Shown: one piece after another, positions 1 to 14,300 of the stretch
Layout of the letters: every line of letters begins with the position of its first letter
Numbering within the stretch: the first letter of the stretch is position 1
NCBI RefSeq assembly: GCF_018350175.1
Contig: NC_058368.1
Location: 132,806,001-132,870,000 of the forward strand
Length of the DNA stretch: 64,000 bases
Direction of reading: 5' to 3'
Source of the DNA: Felis catus
Taxonomy: Eukaryota
Made by a program: the position numbers and the translations under genes
The notes under the pieces: generated by a model
Database searches by the model: none
Seen by the model: only the letters and a program-made list of their open reading frames with translations
Told to the model about the DNA's origin: nothing

Positions 1-600
1 TGAATCTAATCAATTCTTTTGATCCAACTTTCATTTACAGTAAATACAGGGGATAAAGGAGCAAGTTAAATGACACCACAAAAAAAGCAAACATTCTTCA
101 GACATTATCTGGTTTCTACAACTAGTTAATGGGTTGGGGGTGGGGGGAGGGTCGGAGAAGTGACCTTTTTAGAAAAAAAGATGCTAACAGGCACGATAAG
201 TAAATGCTATATGTAGAGACATTGTTTGAATTCTTATTCTGAGAACTATAAAAACACACTTTTGATGCAATCAAACATTTTGATTATGGTCTGGATATTA
301 GACGATGCCAGAGAATTATTGTTAATTTTGTTAAGGGTGATGATGAAATTTCAGTTATGTAAGAAAATGTTTATTTTTGTAGATGTTAATACTGAAGTAT
401 CATATGATACTTGACATGACACAATGTCTGGGATGCAGGATAAAGTTTGATCGCAGAAAAAAAAGAGAGCAGATGAAGCAAATGTGGCAAAAGTTTTAAT
501 GTGTTGAATCTGGGTAATATACATCAGAAACCATTGTATAGGCTCTCTACTCTGGAATATATTTGCAATTTTTCAATACAAAATTTTTTAAGTGAAAAAC
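1..600 (+). mobile_element. Ancient L1M 3'UTR remnant
   Basis: Degenerate resemblance to L1MC/L1ME-type 3' ends, finishing in an A-rich tail near 580-600. Confidence 0.45.
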
Positions 601-607
601 TATTTAT

Positions 608-1163
608 ATCTGTTCTGGTTACCACTGCTGTGTAACAGAGTACCCCAACATTTATTGGCTTAAATACAATAAATATTGTATCTCATATTTTCTCTGGATC
701 AGAAGTTTGGGGAGGGCTTGCCTTTGCAGTTCCAGCCCTTGTAATTTCTCGTGTGATTGTGGCTGGCTGTAACAGATATGGGGAGGGGTAGGGCAAGGTG
801 GGAAGGGAGGCTGGAAGAACTTGAGACTGGCCGGTCAGCTTTCTCAATTGCCATATATAGTCACGGGGCCTTTCTGTGTGCTCTCGCCATGTAGGCTAAT
901 TTGACCTTTCTGATACACGATGGCCTCAGGGAAGACAATGTTTAGTTGGTGGCTGATGTCTTCAAAAGCGAATATTTCAGTGGACAAAGTAGGAGCGTGT
1001 TGCCTTTTGTGTCCTCACCTGGGAAATCACATAGTGTCATCTCTGTCCTCTATTAGTTGAAGCAGAATCAAAAGTTAGCCCATTTACAAGGACCGAGGTC
1101 AAAGACTGCCCTTTTGATGAGAGGAATATCAAAGGGCTTGTAGATATTTTTTTAACTGCCACA
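608..1163. mobile_element. MaLR (MLT1-type) solo LTR
   Basis: Starts with the MLT1-like 'ctgctgtgtaacagagtaccccaacattta ttggcttaaa' and ends 'tattttttaactgccaca'. Confidence 0.65.
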
Positions 1164-1216
1164 CCATCCCATATATCTGATGAACAGTCCCCAACTCAAA
1201 AGATCACAAAAGAATT

Positions 1217-1422
1217 GGGGTGCCGGGGTGGCTCTGTCGGTCAAGAATCCCAACTCTTGACTTCGACTCAGGTCATGATCTCAGGGTTCATGAGTTCAAG
1301 CCCCTTGTCAGGCTCTGTGCTGGCAGTGTGGAGACTGCTTGGGATTCTCTCTCTCTCCCTCTCTCTGTCCCTCACCCTCTCTCTTTCTTTCAAAATGAAT
1401 AAATATACTTAAAAAAAAAAAA
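1217..1422 (+). mobile_element. Can-SINE
   Basis: tRNA-like head (GGGGTGCC..GGTGGCTC), (CT)n tract and A tail. TSD aaaagaattg on both sides. Confidence 0.9.
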
Positions 1423-4400
1423 GAATTGATGGTCTTTTTGTAATGGTGACTACCAAGTGGGGCTTTCTGATTCCTAGAACCATGGAACAACTGATTCTTC
1501 TTGAAATTGCCATATAAATCATAGATTTATGTAAGCCTTCTTAACTTGATATCTCTTAAATTACATTATGAGATATGACATGTGAAATGCCCAGCCTAGT
1601 GCTGGGTCTGGAATAGACACTCTATAAATGTTGATATGTAATGCCTGTTTGAATTCCTAAAGAAATTGCTACTGTTGGCATGCACCATTAATAAATAGTA
1701 GTTGGTATAGCTTTGTGATTTTCTGAAAGGTCTGGCACTCTTACAGTCAAAGAAGTGAACCTCTGTAGGAATTTATTCTAAAATGTTGCAGCTGGGCAAT
1801 GGTTGGAGGTAACGGGGAGTGAGTGTTGGGTAGGCCAGAATGCCGATTTTGTTTTTACTTTCCATCAGCTCTTGCTGTCCCCAGATTGCCTTTTTGAAAA
1901 CTTCCCTGAGCAATAGAAAAACAGGAGCGTCTCCCTTATATGAAGTATGAATGTGTCATGCCAAAGCTTTTTATAGAATACTAATGATGTTTAGGATCCA
2001 ATCTGTTTTAAAATATTTCTGAGGATTAAGCAAAACATACACCAGATTTTCAAGTCGATAAGAAACTGCAGATTTTCTTTTTGAATCTTAAAAGTCAAAA
2101 AGAGAAGCTAAAATGATGATATTAGACACTAAAATTAAATTGTAATGTAAATTAGTGTCCAATTTCACAAGCTGATAGAAGTGTTAGTCAGATAGTTACT
2201 ATAGTTATTCAAAGAAAAATACCTAATATTTTGTTTCCCTTAAAAGGAATTTATTATTTTCCTATTCTAATATTTTCTTTTCCTTTAAAATTACAGGTCA
2301 CATAAACAATGGGCTAATTATAAATTGTGAATATTCATTTGTTAAAACATTTTTATTGATATTACTATATTACTTGAGAACAATAAAATTACATTGTAGT
2401 GTTCAAACTCTTCACTAATATAGATTGCTTACCCTTCCAACAATTATGTAAAATTCAGTGCTTTCGCTTTTCCTGTTTAGCAGCCTCTACTTACCCAGGG
2501 ATATTTGTGGAATTGATATTTAGCTCCACATAGCTTAGTCTAAGAGCTTAATAATTCCATGTTCTCAGTCAATTATGATATATCATAAGTCATAAAGTTT
2601 CATTGGTTCAAAGGTTGTTGACTGAATTTATTTGTGATTTTTATATCATAGGAAAAAAAACCCTCAAAAACTGTAAACAAATGAGGCTAGATTGGTTGAA
2701 AATTCTCTACATTTCCTGCAAAATGGCTTATTTACCTTCTAAATCATGTTCTATAAGCAAAATGCTTTTTTGTAGATGCCATGTCATTGAAATCAAGAGC
2801 AGGGATTTAAAAAAAAGAGAGAGGTACTACATATATATTCTTTATTGCCTTCTTTGTGGAATATGTTCTGGCAAAATAGAAGGCATTACAGAAATCATTT
2901 GACTGAGGAAGAAATTCTACTCTGCACAAAACTCTCATTGATGTCAGTGGGAGTTCTGTGAATGGAACAAATGTTGAACTTGACCCCGTAATGTTTAAAC
3001 TGCAATCCTCCCTGCTCTTGGCAGAGTCTGGCTTCCCACTGAAAGGCGTTGTAGTCTGTGCAGGGATTACACAGCGGGTTAATAGTCTAGTTTTTTGCTT
3101 CCTTTGGAGCAACAGATGAAACACATAATACCTTCCTTTAGGGCTATTACATACTTTTAAACACAAAGGACTTTAAATGAGGTGGTGTGAGAAAGTAAAA
3201 AGTAGAGCCTATGGATGGAAATTTATGTTGGTAATGATTTTTACATCACCTTCTCTAGTAGTGGCTCAGAAGCATCAATGAGTCATACATACATTAAAGA
3301 AAAAGAGAAGAACCTCAAGATGTTAGATGCCATTTAGTATATCAGTATTGAAGCCAGGCTCACTCTGTTTTTGTTATACTGCATTAGACATCCGTGAAGA
3401 ACAATTATCAGCCAGATTCCAATGCAAATGGTTTTTGGTAAAATGAGTTGGGATGGTTATAGATGAGGTTAAAAGAAAACATAGTATCAACACCTCAGAG
3501 TGAACTACTGCAGAACCGAATTGGAAGGGCTAATTTTTAATCCAGTCCCACGAATAAAGAAGATGTGACTCTAGTTGTCTATCTAGCACAGTCATAGCTA
3601 CTACACAAAAATGAGCATTATGTTCTGAAGAAAAGGCCTTGAAACCACCTAGTCTCCACAGATATGCTCAGGGACTTGAATAACATCATTCCCGGGGCCC
3701 TATTTTTAGTAGTTTGTATTTGGTGGAATATCTTTTGTTTTCGTTTTGTATACTTTGTAAGCCCTTTATTTTCTACGATGCATATTACATTGGTTTTATA
3801 ATAGAGAAACAAGAAGAAAAGAAAGGGACTAGCTTTTGTTTTAAAGGAACAGAGCAAGAAGACTAAGAAACAGGAAGTATTTCAAGTTGAAATTAAAACT
3901 GCTTTTGTTTTTATTCGACGGCAGGTTGAGAATGACAAAAAAGAAAAAAACCCCAGTGATCAAAAGTGAGAATGTTGGCTTTATATACGGGTGTGAAAAA
4001 GCTACTGGTACAGGCATTAAAAGTGGCTACAGGACAACACAGAATTTAATGGTTGCCATTTATGCTCTGGCTTCAGGTTGCTGGGTTCATATCCTAGCTC
4101 TACAAATTCCTACCTCGGTGATCTTGTATAGGCAGGTTATCTATTAACCGGCAGCATAACTTATTATGCTGATAAGAGGAGGAGGGAAGTCAGGGCTTGG
4201 GAGAAGTTCATGCAGGCCAAGTGGTGCTGCTTGGATCAGCTGTGCAAGTCAGATATTTGCTTCCAAGAAGGACACTTGGGAGGCATGAGCCTCAGGGTTC
4301 CGGGGCAATGTCAGAGTAGCCCTCTGTTCCATTGACCTAGGAGGTCCTGGTACAGCAGGACTCTGCTTCCTAGAGGTATCAGACTTACCCAGAAACTGGC

Positions 4401-4634
4401 CTTGAGTGGTTTTCTCTCTTTCTTTTTACGAATTCACAGGTATTATTTTTTTTTATGTTATACATTTCAGGGGTTTCTTTGTTTTATTTGTAGTTTATCC
4501 TATGTCATTTCATCTTTTGTTTTTTTTACTTTTTCCCCTCATAGATATAGTACATTGAAATCTATTTCATTTTCTGGCTTTTTGGAGGGTTTAAGTGTAC
4601 ATTTTTTCTACTTGCTCTTTTTAATGATTTTTTA

Positions 4635-4960
4635 AAATATGTATGTATGTATGTAAACTCTGCACCCCACATGGAGATCAAACTCATGACCCCAAGATAT
4701 CAATAGTTGTATGCTCTACAAAGTGAGCCAGCTAGGCACCCCTTTTTTTTTTTCAACGTTTTTTAATTTATTTTTGGGACGGAGAGAGACAGAGCATGAA
4801 CGGGGGAGGGGCAGAGAGAGAGGGAGACACAGAATCGGAAACAGGCTCCAGGCTCCGAGCCATCAGCCCAAAGCCTGATGCGGGGCTCGAACTCAGGGAC
4901 CGCGAGATCGTGACCTGGCTGAAGTCGGACGCTTAACCGACTGCGCCACCCAGGCGCCCC
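4635..4960 (-). mobile_element. Older short Can-SINE (4635-4742) abutting a young SINEC_Fc-type copy (4743-4960)
   Basis: Two reverse-strand SINE heads, ending ggcacccc and caggcgcccc. The second copy retains its CpGs. Confidence 0.9.
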
Positions 4961-5109
4961 TAGTTACTCTTTTTAGTAACTTCTGACTCTCATTTTCTCT
5001 CTCCCTTCATCTGCTGTTTTTCTACAAACTTATTTCAATCTTTTATAAAAATATTTTGCTTCACTTTCTAGTTTTAGATATGATCTCTATTTAAAAATTG
5101 TTTACAGCA

Positions 5110-5313
5110 GCAGTCGGTTAAGCGTCCGACTTCAGCCAGGTCACGATCTCGCGGTCCGTGAGTTCGAGCCCCGCGTCGGGCTCTGGGCTGATGGCTCGGA
5201 GCCTGGAGCCTGTTTCCGATGCTGTGTCTCCCTCTTTCTCTGCCCCTCCCCCGTTCATGCTCTGTTTCTCTCCGTCCCAAAAATTAATAAAAAACGTTGA
5301 AAAAAAATTTAAA
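5110..5313 (+). mobile_element. Young SINEC_Fc-type SINE, 5'-truncated
   Basis: Starts at gcagtcggttaagcg, lacking ~16 nt of head. Perfect 16-bp TSD aaaaattgtttacagc at 5093-5108 and 5314-5329. Confidence 0.93.
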
Positions 5314-5997
5314 AAAAATTGTTTACAGCCTACTTTTTTCTCTTCTTGTCCTACCCAATCCCATTTTTTCTTTCTGTATTGTCTTTGGAAAACTTGGCAG
5401 CTAGACCAAGGAGGTGTGAAGAGTAGAGAGAGTTGACGTTAGTAATAGAGGCAGACTTTTTTCTGCCTCTTCCTCACACCCATGGTTACTCCTGCACTTT
5501 TACTCCTTAGATCCTTTCACAGGATTCTCCAGCCCTAACAGAATCTCGGTCTGTTAATTTCAGGGACTTGAACTCATTACTTTTTGATTGGCTAGAACAA
5601 TTTGCTACCATCTCACACTGTTCAGCACTTGAGTACCCTATTTCCTTAAAATCTATGATTTCCAAAGTATATAACCTTAATTTGAGCACAACGTGGCAAA
5701 TGCGTATCTAGAGGCCTGGTGGGCTGACCTAGAGGAATGTGCCCAAAGAGGGGCCCACCAGCATATGCCCAGCCTGACCCTTCCCTATAAACATTCATGG
5801 AGAGCAGCACCACCAGGAACTGTATCTAGTTTCTGGGACCATATAAGTCAATTTAATTTCAATTTAGTTGTCAGATAATGGCTCACTTCCCTTTCTGTCA
5901 AAGGCAGAAGATCACGCTTTGATATAACCCTCTGGGGTTCCTTTTGATCATTGAGAGATCTAAAAAGGAGCTACCACTCCAACTACAACAACAATAG

Positions 5998-8900
5998 AGG
6001 GGCACCTGGATGGCTCAGTTGGTTAAGTGTCTGACTTTGGCTCAGGTCATAAACTCTTGACTTGTAGGTTCAAGCCCCGCAATGGGCTCTTTGCTGACAG
6101 CTCAGATTCTGCTTCAGATTCTGTGTCTCCCTCTCTCTCTGCCCCTCCCCCACTCACCTGTCTCTCTCTGTCTCTCAAAAATAAATCAATGTTTACAAAA
6201 AATTAAAAATAAACAGTAGCAAAAGCTGGCTGGACTTTCAGTTATCTTGGTTTAAAAAATTTTTTTAATGTTAATTTTACTCTTGAGAGAAGGACAGAGA
6301 CAGAGTGTAAGTGGGGAGGGGCAGAGAGAGAGAGGGGGACACAGAATTCGAAGCAGGTTCCAGGCCCTGAGCTGTCAGCACAGGGCCCGATGCAAGGCTG
6401 GAACCCATGAATCATGAGATCATGACCTAAGCCGAAGTCAGATGCTTAACTGACTAAGCTATCCAGGCACCCCTATCTTGGTTTTTCAATGGGATTTTTC
6501 CTCACCTGATTTTTAAGGCCATTACATATTTCAAATGTTTATTAGCTCTTTGTATTATGTATGTGTGTGTGTGTATTTATGAACTGCTGATTTATATCTT
6601 TTGTAAATACTTCTATTGGATTAATATTTTGTTCTGGATTTATAAGAGCCTTTTACGTATTATAAATATTAGCTATTGTTTCTGATATATATCATATCTT
6701 TTCTCAAACTGTCATTTACCTTTTAACTTTGTGTATAGTGTCTTTTGCCAACAGAAATTCTATAAACTTAAGTAGTTCTGTCAAATTTTTCTTTGGTGCT
6801 TTCTGGTTATTTCATGTTTGGGTTACTGTGCAGTGGCAATGTGGTATAAAGAACACATATTGAGATGGGAGAGACTTAGGTTCTAATTATGGTTCTGCCT
6901 CTAACCAGTAGTATTGACTTTGGACAAGTCTTCGAATTTAAGTTCTCTCACCTATAAAATGCAGCTGGACTAGAAACCAGATGACCTCTTAAGGTCCCTT
7001 CATGCATATTCAAACACTACTGAAAACATTCAGATTCTAAAGTTCTAAAAGCTTATTATCTTTAAGTAGGCCAAAGATTCTCCCCCAAACTAACATTTCT
7101 GATTTGCCTAGCAACATTTCATGCTGTAAAATCTAGCCATGTCTGACCTAACAAAGCTGAATTTTGGACGTTTGAATTAATGACTTGAATTTTTATATAA
7201 AATTTGATGAATTTATACCTACTCTTTTAGGTTATAGACTTTATAGAAAATAGAGACTGCATTTGATATGTACTCTAAAGTATGCATACTATATAGCCAC
7301 TAAGTCAATGGACATAGAATATGGCTTATGATATTTTGTTATAATAATGAAATGTGTTACCACTGATGGAACAGGAAAAAAAGATAGTTTCTTTAAAATT
7401 TTTTTAATATTTACTTTTTCTTGAAAAAGAGACAGAGTGTGAGCAGGACAGAGGCAGAGAGGAAGACACAGAATCAGAAACAGGCTCCAGGCTCTGAGCT
7501 GTCAGCACAGAGCTCCAAGCAGGGCTCAAATTCATGAACCATGAGACCATGATCTGAGCCGAAGTTGGACGCTTAACTGACTGAGCCACTCAGGCTCCCC
7601 AATAGTTTTTATTTATGTAATATTTATAGTGTGCTTTCATGTGCATCATTTCATTGCTGCCCAAGATAACCCTATGAGGTAGATAAGAAAGGGCTTATCT
7701 TTCCATGTTATAGATCATGAATTATTGCACAGAGATTAAATCATTTATCCAAGGTCATCAGCTACTAAATGCTAATGCCAGTGCCAGAACTTTTCTGAAA
7801 GATGGTAAGATTGATGACAAAGAACTTATTAGCTAAAGTTTCATTATGACAGAAGACAAAATAGAAATATGTATGAGATATGGTGGCTGGAAATCACGTA
7901 AATGAAATAAAATATCAAGAATGAAAAAGAGGGGCACCTGGGTGGCTCAGTCAGTTAAGCATCCAACTCTTGATTTAAGCTCAAGTCATGATCTCATGGT
8001 TTGTGGCTTCAAGCCCTACGTCAGGCTCTGTGCTGACTGTGTAGAGCCTGCTTGGGATTCTATGACTCCCTCTCTCCCTGCCCTTGAGGGGCACATGCTC
8101 TCTCCCACTCCCCTCCCCCAAATAAATAAAAACATTTTTAAAAAGAATGAAAGAAAAAATATGTTGAAAATTATCACAAAATATTTGAAAACTATTTCTT
8201 CTCTACATATGTATTTCTTTTTTCTTAATGTTTATTTATTTTTGAGAGAGAGACAGAATGTGAGTGGGGGAGGGGCAGAGAGAGAGGGAGACACAGAATT
8301 GGAAGCAGGCTCCAGGCTCTGAGCTGTCAGCACAGAGCCTGATGCAGGGCTCGAACTCACGAACCATGAGACCAGGACCTGAGCCCGAGTCAGATGCTCA
8401 CCCAATTGAGCCATCCAGGCACACCCTACATATTTATTTCTATGCAAAGAATTACAAATCCTTTGGAAGGAAAGTGACATTTCTATTAATAGTTTGGCAT
8501 GCTGTATAAGAAGGAAATATGAAACATATACAATATAAAGTTTTGTATAAGAAAACAGAAGCTTTCAGAGCAAGTTTCCAGAGGTAGAAGGAAGACAAAC
8601 TTAGCATCTATTTTCAAGGAAAACTGGAAGATTTAAAAACTAAGAAAACTAAAATACTGTATGATTTATCTCATGGTTGGCACTAATTTAATGGCAGAAA
8701 AACAAAGGGAATGGGCTAGGGAGAACAAAAACGAGAGGAAACATTTTAAAACGTTATTATTTAGATCAACATTTTTCAAGGCAAATTTGCAATCAATTCC
8801 CAGAAAGTACATTTCTTTCCAAAGGAAGAACATATGACTGTTAAAGTGTATCCAGAATTATTTTAGAAAATCCAATTGAGAAGTATCATTTTCCAAATAC

Positions 8901-11384
8901 TGAGTGAACCAGAGTTAAGTGAGATTTCTCCAGTATTCTGATTATGATATTATTGTCATGGACAATATAGAGATGATTTACTCTTACTTCGAAATAGGAA
9001 TGATATGTTGCTTGGCTAACCTAGTTTTTATGTTATATAGTTGTCATTTAGAGCAGGGCATTTAGCATCTTACTACATCTCCATTTGTGCTACATACTCA
9101 TGTATTGGCCAATTTCATGTCATATATGATGCTAAACAGTTCCTCAGAAAAACAAAATACTACAGGGGTGCTGGTTGACTGAGTCAATTAGGCATCCAAC
9201 TTTTGATTTTGACTCAGGTCATGATCTCACTGTGCGTGAGATCAAGCCCCACGTTGGGCTCCATGATGACAGTGTGGACAGTGCTTGGGATTCTCTCTCT
9301 CTCTCTGTGCCACCCACCCCCCCCCACCCCCGCCATCTCACTCTCTATCTCTCTCAAAATAAATAAACTTTACTACAATTTTTTAAATGTTTTTATTTAT
9401 TTTTGAGAGAGAGAGAGCTCTCAGAATGTGAGCAGGGGAGGAGTAGAGAGAGAGAGGGAGACACAGAACCTGAAGGAGGCTCCAAGCTCCGAGCTGTCAG
9501 CATAGAGCCTGATACGGGGCTCAAACCCATGAAATGTGAGATCATGACCTGAATCGAAGTTGGATGCTTACTTAACCAACTGAGCCACCCAGATGCCCCA
9601 AATAAATAAACTTTAAAAAGGCTGTTTGAGTGGCCTAGTAGGTTGAATGTCTGACTCTTGATTTCAGCTCAGGTCATGATCTCATGGTTTGTGAGTTCTA
9701 GCTCAACCTCAGGCTCCTCACTGACAGTGCAGATCCTACGTGGGATTCTGTCTCTCCCTCTGCCCCTCTCCTGCTCTCTCTCTCTGAAACAAATAAATAA
9801 ACTTAAAACAAACAAGCAAATAAACACTACAGAAAAATGTAAAGTCAAGTGTGGGGTTGAGTAAGAAAACAGTTTTGTTTACCGAAAGAAAGGTAGTATT
9901 CTTAAGAGAAAGCCTGCATTGAAGGGCAATAAATAGCAGTATTTAAATGTTTCTTTTGTTGATTTAAAACTGTTATAATTTAGAAGGAAGTGTGCATATT
10001 GTAATATGATTGACATAGATTATGATTCATACCAGGGAGGATGTGACAGGAGAAGTGATCAGAAGGGAGTAGTCAAGTTGGAAGTGATAGGGTAGCTATT
10101 TGTTTTAGTTGGTCCTGGACAGTCCTGGTTTTACATCTGTTGTCTCTGTTTAATTGTTATTAATATCTGCTTTTTCTTTCCAAAGCATTTTAGTTTGAAT
10201 GATACACTATATGGCCACCTTAGAAATGATGGAAGCATGGTACATATTATCAGTACATTTTAAAGTGTACTACGAATAATAGCTAACACTTCTATGTGCT
10301 AAGCAGTTTATGAGCATTGTCCTACGTAGTCCTCCCAATTATCTATTAGGCAGTTAGTATTGTAGTCCCCATCGTAGAGGTGAGGAAGCTCAAGTTTATG
10401 TTTATAGGTGTTCAGGAACTTGCCCAAGGTCACTCAGTAGTCAAGTTTCTAGTATAAGCCATTTGTTTCAGAGGTCACACAAATAATCACCATGCATTAT
10501 TTATTTTCTTCCCACTTAAAAAAATCGTAAGACATCTGAAAGAAATTTAATTTTGATAGGCTACAAAATGTATAGAATGGAAAAATAGATTATTAAGCAT
10601 ATACTAGGGAAAAAACTTAAAAACTTTTCATAAAGGTTTTCACAAGAGGCACACTTATCTCTCTTTCAAAAAATATTATTGAAAATATGTTGGAGGGGTG
10701 CCTGGGTGTCTCAGTAGGTAAGTGTCTGACTTCAGCTCACGTCACGATTTCACGGTTGGTGAGTTCAGGCCCCACATCGGGCTCTGTGCTGACAGCTCAG
10801 AGCCTCGAGCCTGCTTTGGATTCTATGTCTTCCTCTCTCTATGCCCCTTCCCCACTCATGCACATGCGCGTGCACACACACACACACACACACACACACT
10901 CTCTCTCTCTCAGAAATAAACAAACCTTTAAAAAATAAAAAGAAAATATGTTGGAAAGGCATGCTATGGGAGGGATGATTCCATTCCTGAAGTATTATAA
11001 AATCTTTAATTTTGGTTCCTGTATGTATTACCTCTTTTGAACTCAAGTGTCCATTTCCCACACACTTGCTACCCTAACCTCCTGCCCTCTCTATCAAGCG
11101 GCAAAGATGGAAGTGAAAATAGGGAAGTCATTATAAAAATACATGTTATAATGTATTTTGAAAAATTTTTAGTGTTTTATTTTTGAGAGAGAGAGAGACA
11201 GAGAGAGAGAGATCAGGCATGAGCGGGGGAGGGGCAGAGAGAGAGGAGACACAGAATCTGAAGCAGGCTCCTGGCTCTGAGCTGTCAGCACAGAGCCTGA
11301 TGCAGGGGCTCGAACTCACAAACTGTGAGATCATGACCTGAGCCGAAGTCTGATGCTCCACCAACTGAGCCACCCAGGCGCCCC
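5998..11384. mobile_element. Cluster of ten Can-SINEs: 5998-6210(+), 6253-6473(-), 7395-7600(-), 7930-8145(+), 8215-8425(-), 9165-9372(+), 9378-9599(-), 9620-9810(+), 10696-10940(+), 11160-11384(-)
   Basis: Each has a SINE head, CT/AG tract and A/T tail. TSDs are visible for several (tatcttggttt, aaaatatgttgga, taatgtattttga). Confidence 0.88.
10088..10222. mobile_element. hAT MITE, MER94-like
   Basis: Imperfect terminal inverted repeats tagggtagcta ... tatggccacctta, ~135 bp long, internal 'ggacagtcctggtttta'. Confidence 0.6.
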
Positions 11385-14300
11385 TTAATGTATTTTGATC
11401 TAATTGATCTAATGCTTCTAGACTTTTAAAAAATCTAACTCTATTCTAGTCCTCAGATTAATTTTCCCCAAATACTCCTGTGATAAAGACTCTGGTTTTA
11501 GGTAACCAGTTCTTCACTAGGTGTTGAGAAAGAAAGAATGATCATCCTGAAGTTTGCTTTTCTTCTGCTTACTTTCTTTTTGCGCTGCTTCTGTGTAGCT
11601 GCTTGGCTGCCATGGGGGAAATGACAGATAGACCTTTTTTAAAACAGTGGATAGACTCTTTGCTGAGACTTCCTCCCTCTCCCCCCCCCCCCAGATGCTG
11701 TGTGCATTCCCTGGAATGCTTAAGACCTTAAGACTTTCCTTCAGATATGTGGCTTATCTCTAGCAGCCAGTAATTCCTCTCCTGAGCCCAGCCATTGGGA
11801 AGGGGAATCCCAAGGAAAGAATTCCCTGCCCTTCATTAGAGAATTATTTAAAGAATCACAAAGGGGAAGATGAAGCTATACTATCTACAGTTATTAGCTT
11901 CCTCTCTAAGGTAGTCCTGGAGTTCGTTTAATCATTACAGAATCACAGTTAGGCAGGCTTATTTAAGGAGGGGTTTTAGTTCTCCTTTTAATCATAATTG
12001 AAATGTTAAGTCCATCTTAGTTGAACTGTGGGAGGATTTTCAAAGGAAACTAACCTGTAAAGTACAGAACAAGAATGCCTTGTAATAAAAGAACAAATGG
12101 AAGATTTGGCTATATCTGTATGTGCTGCTCATATGAGTTAGAACTAAGTAGTCAGTGATGAGTAACAAAGATGAATCATTGTTTCTGATTATTGAATACC
12201 CTGATCATATAGCTGTCATTTCACCCTTCTATATGAGCACACAGAATTCCTGTTGAAAGTACTTTATAAAGGTACTATTAAAGAAATATTTGTCAAAATA
12301 GGTATTATCGATTAAGTGTATCCTGGCTCCCACCCTCTTAAGGTCAGTGTTTTCAGGCTCATTCCCACAGTACACATAGGACTTACTTAACAATCGAATG
12401 GGAGGCACTTTATTATCTATCTTCATATATTGCCCCATAGAATGAAACTACGTTTCCCTCTCCTACCTTCTCAGCATCAGCATATGCTATCTCTATATTC
12501 TCTCCCATCAAAAGCTGCTTTGGGGAAACAATCTGATGAATTAGGTATAAATGACTAAGGCTTAAATATTACCTTTCCCAGGATTATGGCTTTGTGCTAG
12601 AGAAATAAACTCAAAGGGATTAAACACCAGTGGCAAAATTTTAGGTGACTTGGAGAAGGGGTTTTTGTTATAGAAACTTTTCCAGCCTAAAATCAGTCAG
12701 ATTGGTCCCCAGTAAGGATTTAAATGGGTGGTGGGGGGTGTGGAGGGAAGGCGAGGGACAAGGCAGGTCCTAACCTGGAGAGACTTGTCTGTTCCTACTA
12801 TTTAGGTTTGGGAAGGGGTGGTGGTGGTTAGGCTTACATGAATCTACGATGCCACATTTACAGGGGTCTTGAACCAACCTGAGACTAAAGGCAACACTGG
12901 AATTCCAGATTCCAGTGGGTCTCATTTGGTATGGGAGATACTCTGCCCTGGGATGCTTTAGTAGAGTGACCCTTTCAGTTCAGGGCTATACTACTGAGTT
13001 AGGTCTGACTCAAACCAGTTTTTGAAAAGGGAGTAGGAAACCCTTGTGACGATTAAAAATCACGTAAACAATATACCAAATTCAGATTTTACACAACAGC
13101 TAAGATTCATATTCACATAAGATGGCTTAACTAGCTTGGTGTTACTATTACACCTGGCTGTCATTTCGTTTCCTAGTTTTAGTTAAATGCTGTTTTACCT
13201 CCAGTGCAGCACTAAGTCTGAACACTTTGATGCTACTTGGGGAAACTTCAACTTCTGCTCTACCTTAAAGAGCTACCTGTTAATTCCAGCAGTTCTGGAA
13301 GTAGTTAAAATGCTGTCACACTAACAGAATGTCTTGAACAGCTCTGTAGTTATTTCAAGCGTTTTCACTAGCCTACAACTCACTTTGGTAAATAATTCTT
13401 TGATGGACTTTATGAAGCCCTTCCTTTGGATGCAAGCCAAAAATTATCTATAGGGCATACAGTTCTTTCTTCAAACTTGGTAATAAATAATTATCTCTGG
13501 AACACAGACGGAAGAATTGAAGCGATGACTTCGGGGACACAGAGACTAATTACCATCATTGTACACAGTTAAGTACAGCAGAGACTGGGGGGCGGGGAAT
13601 GGTTTGTTCCGTATCCATTACGTTCCTTCTCCAGTAAAGCAAGGCCGTCTTGTCTGTTAACATATTTAGAGCAGTAACTGCAAAAATGTGCAATGTTATG
13701 GTTGAAGCGTTTTATGCCATATGTGTTGATGGAATGCTTAAGAGTCTCTCTCTGCAATAAACGCAAACCCTGCCAGACTGAATTATTAGGGCCAGCGCAA
13801 TTCAAGACTGCACCACCGAAACCGCTGAGGTTGGAAGCCTACGTCGCATTCGGAGTGTGTCCAACGCTTCCTCTAACAAAGGCACTATCTTGAGGCAATT
13901 TCGCGGGCCATTTTCCCCCTCCCAGCGCCAGCTTTGTCTCCTCGCTGGTGTGAGGCTGAGACTTGGAGAAGCCCCAGCTGCTTTACAGTGCGAGCAAGCT
14001 CTGAGCAAGGGCCAGCGTGGGAAGCTCCACCGAGCCGCCGCTGTGGTTTCCTGCAAACTGAGCGTGCCATTAGAGGAAGTTGGAGTGCTGCAGTTGAAAG
14101 ACATACCTGCAGCCTTAAAATCGGGGCTGGACTTGAACCCTACGCATCGATTACTGTCGTATAAAGGAAACTCAGTCGGCCGGGGACGTCGGAGGCCCGG
14201 CGGGTCTCAGTCTCCACCGCTGGTGGCGGAGGAGTCGGGGTCGGCGTCGCCAGCGTCCCCTCAGGAGGCTGGGGACGGCAAGCAGGCCTCCCCGGGCCTG

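Noticed and set aside
131..151. Canonical G-quadruplex motif GGGTTGGGGGTGGGGGGAGGG
   Set aside because: It is isolated, inside a probable L1 3'UTR remnant where G-rich tracts are common, and has no functional context.
2603..4147. Several 80-120 aa ORFs in unique upstream sequence
   Set aside because: They have non-ATG starts, no recognisable homology and no convincing exon structure, which fits chance ORFs.
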